DNA from: Sphaerodactylus townsendi
Lineage: Eukaryota
Assembly: GCF_021028975.2 (NCBI RefSeq)
Contig: NC_059425.1
Coordinates: forward strand, 72,726,001 to 72,790,000
DNA length: 64,000 nt
Direction of reading: 5' to 3'
In this document: piece after piece, positions 26,600 through 38,795 of the stretch
Numbering within the stretch: position 1 is the first letter of the stretch
How the letters are laid out: every line of letters starts with the position of its first letter
Notes under the pieces: generated by a model
Seen by the model: the letters and a program-made list of their open reading frames with translations, nothing else
What the model was told of the DNA's origin: nothing
The model's database searches: none
Position numbers and translations under genes: made by a program

Positions 26600-27793
26600 C
26601 CCTGCCTTGTAAACATGGGGCTCATTTATAACTCAGTGGCACTTCAACAGGGAATTGTCACTACTAACCCTGTAAAATACTTTCCATATCTGAGCAGCAA
26701 GTCTGTAACTCTGTTTTTTCAATATTGGAGGTCTATGCTTTCTCTCTGGATGAAGCAAGAGTTTGGTACAACAAATCATTACATATTTAAAGAGGAAAAA
26801 CATGACATGGGACAGTCCCACAATATTATTTATCTGAAAATACAGACATGACCAGCATTAGCACCATGCATAGACCACTGGACTGGAGTACAGAAGAGGG
26901 AAGGGTATAGCAGAGATTAAGCAAGTCATATGTGCACTTCAGAACTGTGGTTTTTCATTTCTGACAGATACTACTTGCCTATCAGATTCTGTCCCACTGT
27001 GTCTCATTAATGCCATAACACTATGAATTTGTCGAGACAATGACTTTTGTCACTTGTTTGCCAAGTTATATAGATTTCATTCTATTTTACACCATGCTTC
27101 ACAGCTCAGTCACCTAAAGCCTAGACATTCATCATGTTTATTAAACACCTTTAAACTCCCTCCAGTTTATCCATGGCTTTCTGACAGCACACCAGATCTA
27201 CATGCAGTGTCCCAGGTGGACTACATCCAGAACCATAGAGAGGATGTTACGGTAGGAAGGGGAAAGTGGTGTCTTTCATTGCTGGGAAACTGTCTTAGAC
27301 CAAGGGTTCCCTGGAAAGCATCCTGGTAACCAGCTGCCACCACTCAATTCATCCTGAGAACATCTAGACTGACCTCATGAGAAGGTATTCTTTTAGCAGA
27401 GTACTAGAGCAATAACAAAATGACAGGGTAGAAAACCTAGAGAATACCTTATCATCAGCTATATAGAGCTCATGCTGTCTAGCATGTGGGGAAGAGATTA
27501 AGAGAAATATCCCAGATAAATTGTACTTTATAAAGTCTTTATAAAAAGATTTAATATAAAAGAATAAAAGAAAGAAAGAAAGAAAAGGGTTGGTTTGTTA
27601 CAAAAAGTGGTGGCTAAATGTCAAAACCAAAAATACAGGGAAGGCATACAGCAACAGCAACAGTTCAAATGAATAGCAGTACAGTTGAACGAACTAAGCT
27701 ACACTTGTTACCTTGGTCGAGGACAGCCAGACAACATTTGGGCCAGGGATCACCAGTAGGTTGTTATTAGCTGAGCATAATATTGTCCTAAGG

Positions 27794-29264
27794 CAGTGAT
27801 GGCGAACCTTTTCGAGACCAAGTGCCCAAACTGCAACCCAAAACTCACTTATTGCAAAGTGCCAACATGGCAATTTAACCTGAATACTGAGGTTTTAGTT
27901 TAGAAAAACCGGTTGGCTCCAAGGTGCGCATTACTTGGGAGTAAGCTTGGTGGTAGTCGGTGGCTTTTCTTTGAAACAACCATGCAACACTTTGAATGGG
28001 TGAATCATGACCCTAGGAGGGTTTACTCAGAAGCAAGCCCCATTGCCAGCAACTGAGCTTACTCCCAGGTAAAGGATCACACTTTAGTTCTTCCCATGAA
28101 AATCAATGGGGTTTAACAGTGCTTAACAGGGTTACCTACATTGCTTCCCCAAAACTAGGCCTGAGGTTTAATGCTAATAATCTCCCTGAAATAATTACAT
28201 TATTACCACACTGGGAGCCTGGCGGGGGAAGGGGGAGGGGTGTGGGGGAGAGGGAAGTAAAAATTTCACTTTCCAAAAACCAATAACTCCACCACCACAA
28301 AATAGAAGTAAAAAGGCAGTCAAGGAAGGCAATCCTAAGCAAGAATGCTGTGCAAGGGGTGGGATAACTTCAGGAAAGCTAAATTTGTAGGGCTGCCATC
28401 TGATCTGCAGTTTTTCCTTCACATGTCATCACAGCACTTGACTTCCCACAAAAATGCAACAGGAACAGAAAAATAAAAGCATGGAGAATATTTTGAAATG
28501 GACCTCTCTGCCCCATATTTGCCTCTGTCAGAACGGCCCTAATTCTGACAAGGGGGGTGGGGAAGGGATGCTATGGGTGGTAAGGGATGCTCCTCTCCCT
28601 TTTCTGCCAGTTGGTCGGGGCCTGGCTTAGCTCAATTCTTTATCGGTGTGAAATGCCTTTTGTCTTTTGTACTTTTGCTTTGATCCTGTGGGAACAGGAT
28701 TGGCGTCGTGAGCCTAGGGACCTTGCAAGATCTCTCCTCCTTGCCCTGGGCTCCCATGTACTAAAAACCCCATCACTCTCTCTCCCAGGGGAGGGGGGCC
28801 CTTAACAAACAGTTCACTCCAATCAGGGCAAGCACCTGAATCCCACCACTGCGCCTGTCCTGCTCTTGGCAGACACACTCCTCCCAATGGAAGCCCCTCA
28901 CCCGGACTGCTGCTTTTTAATCCTACCCCCAAAGTTTTAGTTTGGTCCCAAAAGTTACATGCCAAGAAAAGCGTGCCAGCCTCCAGTCTCCCAAGCTTTG
29001 TGGGGGAGAGGGGTACTTGTGGGTGGTAGATGGTACTTACAGCAAATCAGGTCGACTCAAGAGGACCTCCCTGAAACTCAGCCCCAGCCGGCAGAGCGCC
29101 TTGTGCACGGCCAGCCTGTGCAGCATGACTCCCAACGCGTTTGCTGGCAGCTGCCTCTGGCTGGTCGAGGGGGGAAGGGGAAGGGAGAGATGACGGCACG
29201 TGTGCCCACAGAGAGGGCTCTGAGTGCCGCCTTGGGCACCCATGCCATAGGTTCGCCATCACGG
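27794..29264. mobile_element. Non-autonomous hAT transposon (~1.47 kb)
   Basis: TIR CAGTGATGGCGAACCT / AGGTTCGCCATCACGG; 8-bp TSD TCCTAAGG (27786-27793) / TCCTACGG (29265-29272). No transposase ORF. Confidence 0.85.
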
Positions 29265-29272
29265 TCCTACGG

Positions 29273-29400
29273 GTATAATGAGAGAGACAGGCCCAGACTG
29301 TTTAGGGCTTTAAAGGTTAGTACCAGCACCTTGAACCTGATTCAGTACTCCACCTGTAGTCCATGCAGCTGATGCAGCTAATACAGCACTGGTTGGATGT
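29273..29400 (-). mobile_element. L2-like LINE fragment
   Basis: tttagggctttaaaggttagtaccagcaccttgaac...tgcagctg resembles the reverse complement of L2 ORF2. Similar L2-like bits at about 3290-3416 and 15376-15590. Confidence 0.5.
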
Positions 29401-29727
29401 GGGTTTCTGCTATAAAGGAACACTCTCCTGCTTCTTAACATTACATATTTTCTTTAAAAGTAAGATACATGTTTTCCATGAGATTATTTGCCCACCAATG
29501 CAGGTTTTGTGTTTTTTGCTATTGTGGGGGGAGGGGGGCGCAGTTCTTGTTTATTGCAGAATAGGTTATCGGGTAGTTCATATCATTAACACTGCCAAAT
29601 AAACTCTGAATACTTCTGCACTGATTTTTTTTTCTTCCTTTGCCTCCGTCCTCTTTCCAGGTCTTCTCCATCATTAGTACTCTCTTGCCTGAATGCTTTG
29701 TTTTGTACTTGCATAAGAAGATATTAT

Positions 29728-30058
29728 TTTCCAGCAAATATGTACATGGCAGGGTAATAAATATAGAAAAGGAAGTAGACCTGGAACTAGAGTACTACAT
29801 ACACGGAGCTAATTGATGAGGTAGAAGAGCCTACCTTAGAAATAGGTAGAGCCTAATAGAGACCTTAGGGGGTCCTTAAGGCCAGAAACTATGGCAGAAT
29901 CATTGATGTAGTATTTTATAAGTTAGATTTAAGATTGATGTATATGCCAACGTGATGTATGCAATGGACATAAGATATCAATGTTAGATATCTATGATAT
30001 GTTGTTAATCTTGTCTTTGTTTTGTTTTTAACAAACTTAATAAAATTTCTATTAAAAA
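29728..30058 (+). mobile_element. Poly(A) retroposed insert (probable L1 3' end)
   Basis: 13-bp TSD AAGAAGATATTAT (29715-29727 and 30059-30071); AATAAA at 30039-30044 followed by an A tail. Confidence 0.7.
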
Positions 30059-33013
30059 AAGAAGATATTATGATCTAGGTTTATTTGTGCAGTTACGCAG
30101 AGTCTTACTCCTATCTATCATTCTCCTTATAACCTCTTCCTCAGCTCAGGACCTTGTATACTCAAGGGCAGGGTTTTAGCAGTGTTATAACAGTCAGGTG
30201 CAGCACAGCCTTATTATCATAAATGTATTCTTTATGGATCACCCCAATGAAGAAAAGGCTAAAAACAAAGCCAGACAACCATTGCAGAAACTGTCAGAAC
30301 ACAGTAGAAATCAGGATGTTAAACTTGCAGTTCAGCGTGTAGGCCCACTTTCTTCCATGACATCGGTTTTGATAGACTAATATCTAGACTGGTACAACTA
30401 AATGCCATAGTACTAGGGCATGGCATTGATAGAGCTAGGAGACAAGAAAAGGCAGTACTCAGCCACAACAAATCATAGTTAGTATTATTAGGAATCTGCT
30501 TGCTAAGCACTTCAAGCATTCAAAGCAAAGCCACTATAGATAATTTCTTGTGAAGGAAATATTTTATTTGCTGAGCTGATATAAATTGATTTAAACCAAT
30601 TATTTAATTGACCAAGCAAAAGTCCTAGTTCAATATATCAATTTTAATCAAGTTTTTCATTTAAAGAAAAGTCAACCAAGACTATTCATAATACAGGGTG
30701 ATGGAATTTGTCTAACAGCCTTTGTTAATCTCTCCTTACCCCCAGTATCACAGAACTAGGGACTGTCCTTATGGTATGGTATCTATAGCTCCTCACTCAA
30801 TCACAGCTATGAGGTGACTAGAACCAGAATGGATTTGCTTGTTTTAACATTAGCACCACAATCTGCAAATAAATATTGTCATCACCATAACACAGTTTGG
30901 CTCCACGGGGGTAGTTTAGAGCCAATTCTTTTTCCCAAGGTAGGGTGTGTGAGTTTTTTGGCAATAAGTTTTTATTTGAACATTCATAAACAGATTCAGA
31001 AATGTCAATCTAATATTTACATTATAACTAAAGGCACTTCTAGCTATTGCATCATTTAAAAATAAATACATGTAATGACAAGCAATTAAATAAAGAAAGA
31101 AAAATAAATAATAATAGTAAAAAATAAAGAAAAGAAAAATAAAGAGAAGACAAATATTAGTAACAATATTAAAAGAATCAAAACAATAAAAATAATAAAA
31201 GAAAGAAAAAACAAATACAACATTATTCATATTTTCCTTTTATATAAGTTATCTAGTTTCTCAATTCCTCCCTAAAATCAGAGTCCAATTTATAATTTAT
31301 TAATTTATAATCTATATAACTTGAAAGCTTGGCTGTTCTAACAATATTTATAACCTTATGTTGCCATTCTGTTATTGATGAAGTTTTCTCGACTCTCCAA
31401 TATTTAGCCCAAAGTATCCTAGCTGCTGTTAACAAATATCTAAACACCGTAGCTTTATCTTTATCAGATCTTAAATTTAGCATTTAGTATTATCAATATT
31501 TCTTTATGTATAGTTTTCCAAAATTACTTAGTTTTATCACAGCTCCACAATTGATGGAAAAAGGTAACCAGATGTTTCCCACATTTCCAGCAAACCCCTT
31601 GAGCCCTTTATTTACTTTCTGCAATCTTCTGAGGTGTGTAATACCAACGAAAAATCATCTTATAGTGGCTTCCTCTTATGTAAAAACTCTTAGAGTATTT
31701 CAGGTTATAGGTTTTTCCAAGCTTCCAAATTGATATTATGACCCACATCCCTAGCCCAATTTATCATATATCCTTTAATATACTCATCTTCAGTCTCTAA
31801 AGTTAAACATGTCATATATCTTTTTAATCAAATGGTCCTTTTGTTTCAATAATTTTTCTTCAAGAATATCTAATTCTTTAATTTTTAAAAACATATTTTA
31901 TCAAAGTCACAACAATTTTTTAGTTGGCGATAAAACCACCAATTAATATTCCAACAGATCCGATTTAGTTCTTCTTGAGTCTTCTATTTATATTTAAGTT
32001 TTCCTTCAATTTCCTCCTTAGTAACTATATTCAATATCTCAACCAGTTCTTACTTGGGTTATGCCTATTTAATAGAGCTTCATGGGGAGAGACCCATAAA
32101 GGTACACCTGAATATAATTTATAGCTGCATTTTTTTCAAGTTTTTAATACTGCTGCTCTTATTATACGGTGTATAAATTGTTTATTAGTTTTGTCTTTTT
32201 GAGCTGTAAGTAAGCACACCAACCAAACCTTTTGCCTTCCCCTTCTACTGCTAATAATCTCATATTGGTCAAAGATAGCCAATCTTTAATCCAAACTAAA
32301 CATACAGTATCATGGTAAAGTTTTAAATTAGGTAATGATAACCCTCCCCTTTCAATACTATCATTCAGAATTTTATACTTAACTCTGGGTTTCTTTCCTC
32401 CCCATAGAAATTTAGATAAATCAGTTTGCCACTGTTTAACCACTTTATCTGATGTAATAATGGAAAGACGTTGAAACAAGAATAACATTTTTGGGAGAAT
32501 GTTCATTTTGATTGCAGATGCCTTACCCATAAAAGATAAATTCAGTTTTCTCCATCTTTTAAAGTCATGTTCCACTTTTTAACATAATTATTTTTAAATA
32601 ATGAAAGACTTGAAGGTGATATATTTATACCAAGATATTCTACATTAGGTGTCACTTGAAATCCCAGTAAATTTGCCAATTGATGACTATTATTAGCCTC
32701 TATGTTCTTAACTAATATCTTAGATTTTTCATTCATTTTCAATCCAGATATACTCTCAAATGTATGTAATATGTCTTTGACTGTGTCAACTGAGTCCAAG
32801 GGATCTTCTAGAATAAGTACAAGGTCATCTGCATAAGCTCTTAGTTTATAAGTCTTATATTTTATTTTTAAACCTTGAATGTTCTGATCTCTTCTAATGC
32901 TTTCGTTTAAAGATTCCAGAGCTGTTAAGAATAATAAGGGTGAAATATGGCACTGTCTTGTGCCACATTTTATCAGAAATGTATTCGATAATTCATTATT
33001 AATAATTACCCTG

Positions 33014-33314
33014 AAGAAGAAGAAGAGTTTGGATTTATGTCCCCCCTTTCTCTCCTGTAGGAGTCTCAAAGGGGCTTACAATCTCCTTGCCCTTCCCCCC
33101 TCACAACAAACACCCTGTTAGGTAGGTGAGGCTGAGAGAGCTCCGAGAAGCTGTGACTAGCCCAAGGTCACCTAGCTGGTGTGTGTGGGAGTGTACAGGT
33201 TAATCTGAATTCCCCAGATAAGCCTCCACAGTTCAGGTGGCAGAGTGGAAAATCAAACCCGGTTCCTCCAGATTAGATACACGAGCTCTTAACCTCCTAC
33301 ACCACTGCCGCCCC
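33014..33314 (-). mobile_element. Squam3-like SINE nested in the L1 RT domain
   Basis: Near-identical to the 8.0 kb and 37.1 kb copies; interrupts L1 ORF2. Confidence 0.88.
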
Positions 33315-34263
33315 TTGGCCCATTGTTCTGTATATATTTGTTTAATTCAAGAGTTAAATTTGTCACCAAATTTCAATCTATCCAAAATCTCCAAGAGAAG
33401 TCCCAGCTGAGTTTATCAAAAGCTTTTTCCATATTGCTAATTAATAATGTTAGCTGTCTATTAGGGGACTGTTCAAATAATTCGAAAATATCAAGTATTA
33501 TTCTGATGTTATCTTTAATCTGCCTTCCGGGAAGAAATCCTGACTGGTCCTCATGAATATATTTATTGAGAACTACTTTGAGTCTATTAGCCAAAATTCC
33601 TGTGAAAATGTTGTAATCAGAATTCAATAATGAGATCTGTCTAAAGTTTGAAAACTCCAGAAGCTCTTTGTCTAATTTAGGGATTAAGGTTATATTTGCA
33701 TCCTTTCAGAATTCTGAGATTCCCTTAAGACTGCTCTCATTAAGCAAAGGATCTACTAGTTCATTAAAGAATAAATAAAGCCCCCTTGAGCCTTCCAGAA
33801 AAAGGCGGGGTATAAATGTAATGTAATAAATAAATAAACAAATAAAATTGGTTATACTGTTAGGCCCCAGTTCTTTACTATCTTTTAATCCCCTAATTAT
33901 CTGAGCTATTTTCTCTTTAGTTATTATTACGTTTAAATCTTCTACATCATGGTCATCTACACTAACAACTGGGTACTTCTCAAAATTGATTCTTTGCTGA
34001 GTGATCTATATTTTTCTCTTCATAAAAGTTTGAAAAGAATTTCAAAAATTCAGCTTTAATTTCTTCAGGATTATTAAGGATTTCTTTCTTGCAATACATC
34101 AGTTAGCTCTTTATATTCTTTCCTGTTCTTTAATAATTTAGCTGGAATTTCCTTCATGATTATTATTTCCCTCCCTTTTACCTTCATTCTATCTTGGTAA
34201 CGTTTTTGGATTGTTTCATTACTGAAGGATTTCCTAACAAAGCCAACTAACATGTCTCTAGGG

Positions 34264-34400
34264 CCGTGGTGGTGAACCTTTGGCACTCCAGATGTTATGG
34301 ACTACAATTCCCATCAGCCCCTGCCAGCATGGCCAATTGGCAGGGGCTGATGGGAATTGTAGTCCATAACATCTGGAGTGCCAAAGGTTCGCCACCACTG
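34264..34400. mobile_element. Palindromic hAT MITE nested in L1 ORF1
   Basis: Perfect 8-bp TSD CTCTAGGG (34256-34263, 34401-34408). Removing it restores L1 ORF1 ...RHLPR|DMLVGF. Confidence 0.92.
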
Positions 34401-34676
34401 CTCTAGGGAGATGTCTTTCTCTCGCTACTTTAGAGTTTATTCTGAACACTTCATCTATTTCGCTATGAATTTAACTCTCTGGTTTCCCCATAAATTCAGC
34501 AAGCAATTGGATTATTTTTAGCTCTATGTCTTCTTCCTCAGTTTCCTGCAAAGATCTTAATTGCAAAAAATCTTTCATTTCGTCTGAGTTCCATTAGCAA
34601 TGTTTCATGTAAAGTAGAGCCTTCTTTCACCAATTTCAAAATTCTATTTTCTAAAGCGTCCATTCTGTTGTTCATT

Positions 34677-35790
34677 GCCTTCTGAATCTGACTGATGTTG
34701 ATTTTGTCAATTTGAAAATGTCTAAAGTGCCACCTTAGTGTTTTCAGAATGGTGCCCAGGGTGCCTGTTACCACTGGGATGACCTCAGCTGGTTTGTGCC
34801 ATAGTCGCTGTACCATTTTGAAATCATGGTATTTAGTGACATTCTCATGTTCTTTTTAAATGACCCTGCTGTTACCAGGTACTGCTATTGTGATAATTGC
34901 CACTTTTTTCCTTGATCACTGTGATGTCTAGTATATTATGTGCCAACACTTTGTCTGTTTGAATTCAAAAGTCCCACAAGATCTTGACCTTCTCATTTTC
35001 TGTGACTTTCTCCAGACAATGTTCCCACCAGTTTTTAGCTGACCTAATGTTGTAATTCTTGCATAAATTCCAGTGGATCATCTTGGCCACTGTTGCCTCT
35101 ATTTGTACTCATTTGGGGCGATTTTCTTGTTTGCAGCAGTTGAGCAGATGATCTACAGCTTCCTTGCAAAATCTGCACTTTACATCATCTAAGGATTTTT
35201 CTGTTCTGGCCTTGATTGTATTTGCCCTAATGGCCTGCTCTTGAGTGGCTAAAATCAGTGATTCAGTTTCCTTTTTTAGATTTTCAGTTGTTAACCACAG
35301 CTAGGTCTTTTCATTGTCTACCTTGTCCTTGATCTTTTCCAGAAACTGGCCATGCAATACTTTGTTGTGCCAGCTTTCACTCCTCATTTTAATCATTTTT
35401 TCTGTATTCCTGTTTACTTCTCTGGGCTTTCAGAAAATGTCTGTTCTTCACTTCAATCAGTGCCTGTTCTTGAAGGGAGCACATGTTTCTCCTCTTCCAC
35501 TGTAGGCTTTTCTTGCAGTAATTCTGATCTCCAAGGAAGGTAAAGTCTGTCAGTATCACTACGTGGGTGTAAAGCATAGCATATTGTCATAAACTTCTGA
35601 GTTTTTTCTATCCAATCCATCCAAATCAGCCTGTATCCAGTTTATGATTCCAGGGTATGTCTCAGGTGTTGATGGCCTTGATGGCATTCCCACAATTTAA
35701 TTTGGATTTCAAAATTTTCCTGACCCTCTGGGTATATTCTCTGCTGAGCACAGTCCTCACTTCTTTGGTCAGTTCTCTAAGGTTTTTTTT
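34677..35790 (-). mobile_element. R4/Dong-clade non-LTR retrotransposon fragment (RT C-terminus, CCHC knuckle, restriction-like endonuclease)
   Basis: Peptides RVRKILKSKLNCGNAIKAINT, KCRFCK...DHLL..C, KILWDF..QTDK, VIPVVTGTLG...QIQKA; many stops and frameshifts. Confidence 0.75.
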
Positions 35791-36763
35791 CAGGTCAATA
35801 AGAGAGTTACTAGGCAAAAGCTTTAAAGCAGCCAACACCAGAAATATTGGTCTGCTCTGCACAGCACAAAAAAGATGTCTGTGGAACATCTTTAAAAGAG
35901 TTGATTGCCTCTTCTGCACACCTAAAATAGGACGTCTGGGGGATATCTTTAAAAGAGGTAGCTTCTGGTATGCTTTCCAGACAGTAAAGGCATCAGTTTT
36001 TCTCTCTGGTCAGTTTTACTCTCAGTTTGTACACAATATTTTGTGTGCAGCTATAGGGATTCTCCCTGCCACTATTTGCTGAAAGTTTCCCCAGGACATT
36101 TGCTCTGCAGGCTCTGATCCTGGGCACCTTTTCAGTCCAAAAAGAACATTGTTGAGTTGGTCCAGCCAATTCCAGCAATATATAGTTTTCCTATAATGGG
36201 CAGTAGACCTGTCCTCTGCGGTTCCAGTGCTTTTCAACAGGAATCCTCTGAGCGGCTAAGATTCTCTTATGCATGTCTGCATATCTTCAAATACAGCTCC
36301 TCCAAAAAAAATTTTAAAAGTTGGAAAAATATATATTGCCATAATCGGCAGGACCACTTGAGTAGAACTATGTATTTTTGGGGCTGAAAAGCACTTCGGA
36401 TTGGAGCATGCAGAGCAAACATCCTGGGACAAACTTCAGCAAATGGTGGCAGGGAGGTTCCCTTCAGCTGTATACATAATGTTGGGGGCAAGCTGAGGTT
36501 GAAACTGACCAGAGGAGCAAACAGTCAAGCAGAGGCATAGGGAGGGGAAACAGAGCTCCGGGGCAAAATGGTGCCCACGCCTGTCTGCTGTGCCCCCCCC
36601 AGGCTGCACTCCCCCCCACAAGGCCACGCTCCCTGCAAAGCCACACACCCCTGCCAGGCCAGGCATGAGTGCCTCAGACACCCAGGCTGAACACAGAGCC
36701 AGTGGGCCTGTGTGTAGCCTGGGTGTCTCAGACATTCATGCCCGGCCTGGCAGGGGGCGTGGC

Positions 36764-36835
36764 CAGTGGTGGGATTCAGCAGATTCACACCAGTTCAGCA
36801 GAACCAGTTGTTAAATTATTTAAATTCCACCGCTG
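36764..36835. mobile_element. 72-bp hAT MITE (CAGTGGTGGGATTCA family)
   Basis: TIR CAGTGGTGGGATT / AATTCCACCGCTG; TSD GGCGTGGC / GGAGTGGC. Confidence 0.8.
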
Positions 36836-37124
36836 GGAGTGGCCTTGCGGGGGGAGCCATTTTGCGCCCCCATGTGACCTACAATGGTGGCACCTGGGAC
36901 AAAAATCCCTAGATGTTCCCATTGCAGCTACACCACTGCAGTCAAACAGGAACAATAAAATGCCTCCTGAGCTCTGCATTCTACACAGCCAGGCAGGAGA
37001 CATCTTGCATGTGGCTTGGGGGGGGGGGGGTGCGCTTTGAAGCATTCTCCAGAAAAGACACCTTGAGGAAAAATAAGGCATCCTGAGAATATCTTGGGAA
37101 GAAAGCTGTGCAGAATGCCCTACA

Positions 37125-37422
37125 GGAAGAAGAAGAGTTTGTATTTATATCCCCCCTTTCTCTCCTGTAGGAGACTCAAAAGGGCTTACAATCTCCTTGC
37201 CCTTCCCCCCTCACAACAAACACCCTGTGAGGTAGGTGGGGCTGAGAGAGCTCCGAGAAGCTGTGACTAGCCCAAGGTCACCCAACTGGTGTGTGTGGGA
37301 GTGTACAGGCTAATCTGAATTCCCCAGATAAGCCTACAAAGCTCAGGCGGCAGAGCTGGGAATCAAACCCGGTTCCTCCAGATTAGATACACGAGCTCTT
37401 AACCTCCTACGCCACTGCTGCT
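37125..37422 (-). mobile_element. Squam3-like SINE, young subfamily
   Basis: Near-identical to the 8.0 kb and 33.0 kb copies; CpGs retained. Confidence 0.88.
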
Positions 37423-38670
37423 TTTTTATCATCCTCAGAATGTCTTATTTAGGCTGTGCAGAACAGACTATTCAGAATTTCAGTTCCAATGATACCTGGA
37501 TTTAAAATGCAAGTCAGCAAACACATGCAATTCAGACATTTAGAAATATAAATATGGAAAAGTACATTCCTTTCTTAAAACATGATCCTGTTTTGAATGC
37601 TACATAGGAACAGGCAGTAAGACTATGTTTACCAAACAGGTGTTGCTAAGGTTGCCCGCTTCTGAATTGGAACTTCCTAGAGATTAAGTTGGAGGTGGGT
37701 TCCAGGGTACGTAGAGTTTGGGAAAAGGAGAGACCTCCACAGGGTATAATGCTAGACAGTCCACCCTCCAAAGTTGCCATTTTTTCCAAGGGAACTGATC
37801 GCTTTTGTCTGGAGATCAGTAGTAATTCTAAGAGATCACCAACCCTGCTTGGAGACTGGCAATTCTGTGCTCCAAACCCTCCCATCTTTCATTCAGGCTT
37901 TGCTCCTGTCAGCAGTCATGCAAAGGAAGTTTTGCTGGCGGTTTGAGAATGACTTCATACAGCTAGTGTGATCTTGGGCCGATCTGTGCATTTCCAGTGG
38001 TGACCTTGGAAGAAAACAAACGTAATAAGCCATTCATATTGAGGACAGGGGTGGATGGAAGCAAGGGAGGCAATGTGTTTTTCTCCTTGTGGGCGAACTA
38101 TCTGGAAAGGATCCTGCTGTGGAGGTCTTTGATTGGTTCATTATCTGCCCAGGGCAGAAGCATAATAACTGCAGCTTGATTGAAGAGAAGGGCTTGTACA
38201 AAGAAAGCAACTGAGCTTAAATTCATATTTTTATTGACCCTTTTCAATAAGTAAAAATGCAGCAGCCTTCCCTTTCTAAATGTTTTCACCTTATTGGCAA
38301 ACAATAAGAATATCATAGAGAGAGAGAGCAATATTTAATATGGTATCATTCCTAAATCTATGTTACATCTTGTTGGCACTGTAGCAGAACCAGGTAGAAA
38401 GGGAATTAACTTGGTTCAAGGAGATATTCTGAGTGGAAGCTCCTCACAGGGTGAGAAGCCTTCTTTTAAAATTATGTTTGTCCGTCCAGCTTGCCTTAAA
38501 GGTTTAGCATATCTGGGTTTCTCAGTCATATGCCAATTTTGTTTGGAAGGACCAGTGTGCAGGAGCAAAGTCCCAGCTTGGCTGCAGAAGTAGGTTGACC
38601 CCTAGGAGAAAGGAGGAGATTGCAGTGGAGAAGCAGTGTGACTCCAGTGACTGGTGCTGCTCTCTTACAG

Positions 38671-38795
38671 GCTTCTTAAATCTCTGGGTTCACGTGAAGA
38701 ATAAGCAGCCCACTCTAGCCTTGTCACTCAGTGGGAACAGAGGAAATACCTGGCAACAAGCACATGTACCTATCAACCCTGCAGGACCTTTTCAG
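38671..38795 (+). CDS. MDGA1: MDGA1 internal coding exon (MAM domain): (G)FLNLWVHVKNKQPTLALSLSGNRGNTWQQAHVPINPAGPFQ
   Basis: Acceptor tctcttacag|GC and donor TTTCAG|gtaag; 125 nt, phase 1 to 0. SLSGNRGNxWQQAHVPINPxGPFQ matches the MDGA1 MAM domain as I recall it, and is distinct from MDGA2. Confidence 0.93.

Larger units (their letters stand above)
30954..34676 (-). mobile_element. L1-clade LINE, decayed, with internal deletions and nested insertions
   Basis: ORF1 pieces (FRINSKVARERHLPRDMLVGF); ORF2 RT pieces (LNSDYNIFTGILANRL..DQSGFLPGR, YADD, YLGI, KMNILPKMLFLFQ, GGLSLPNL); AT-rich 3' UTR. Confidence 0.9.
36260..37470. mobile_element. Nested Harbinger-type MITE cluster (boundaries uncertain)
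   Basis: GC-rich palindrome at about 36640-36763 and two Harbinger-like right ends (gctgtgcagaatgccc ~37120; gctgtgcagaacagac ~37468). Confidence 0.5.

Noticed and set aside
26586-26603. Telomere fusion relic or true telomere
   Set aside because: Only about 3 units in one orientation, enclosed within a TSD-bounded insert.
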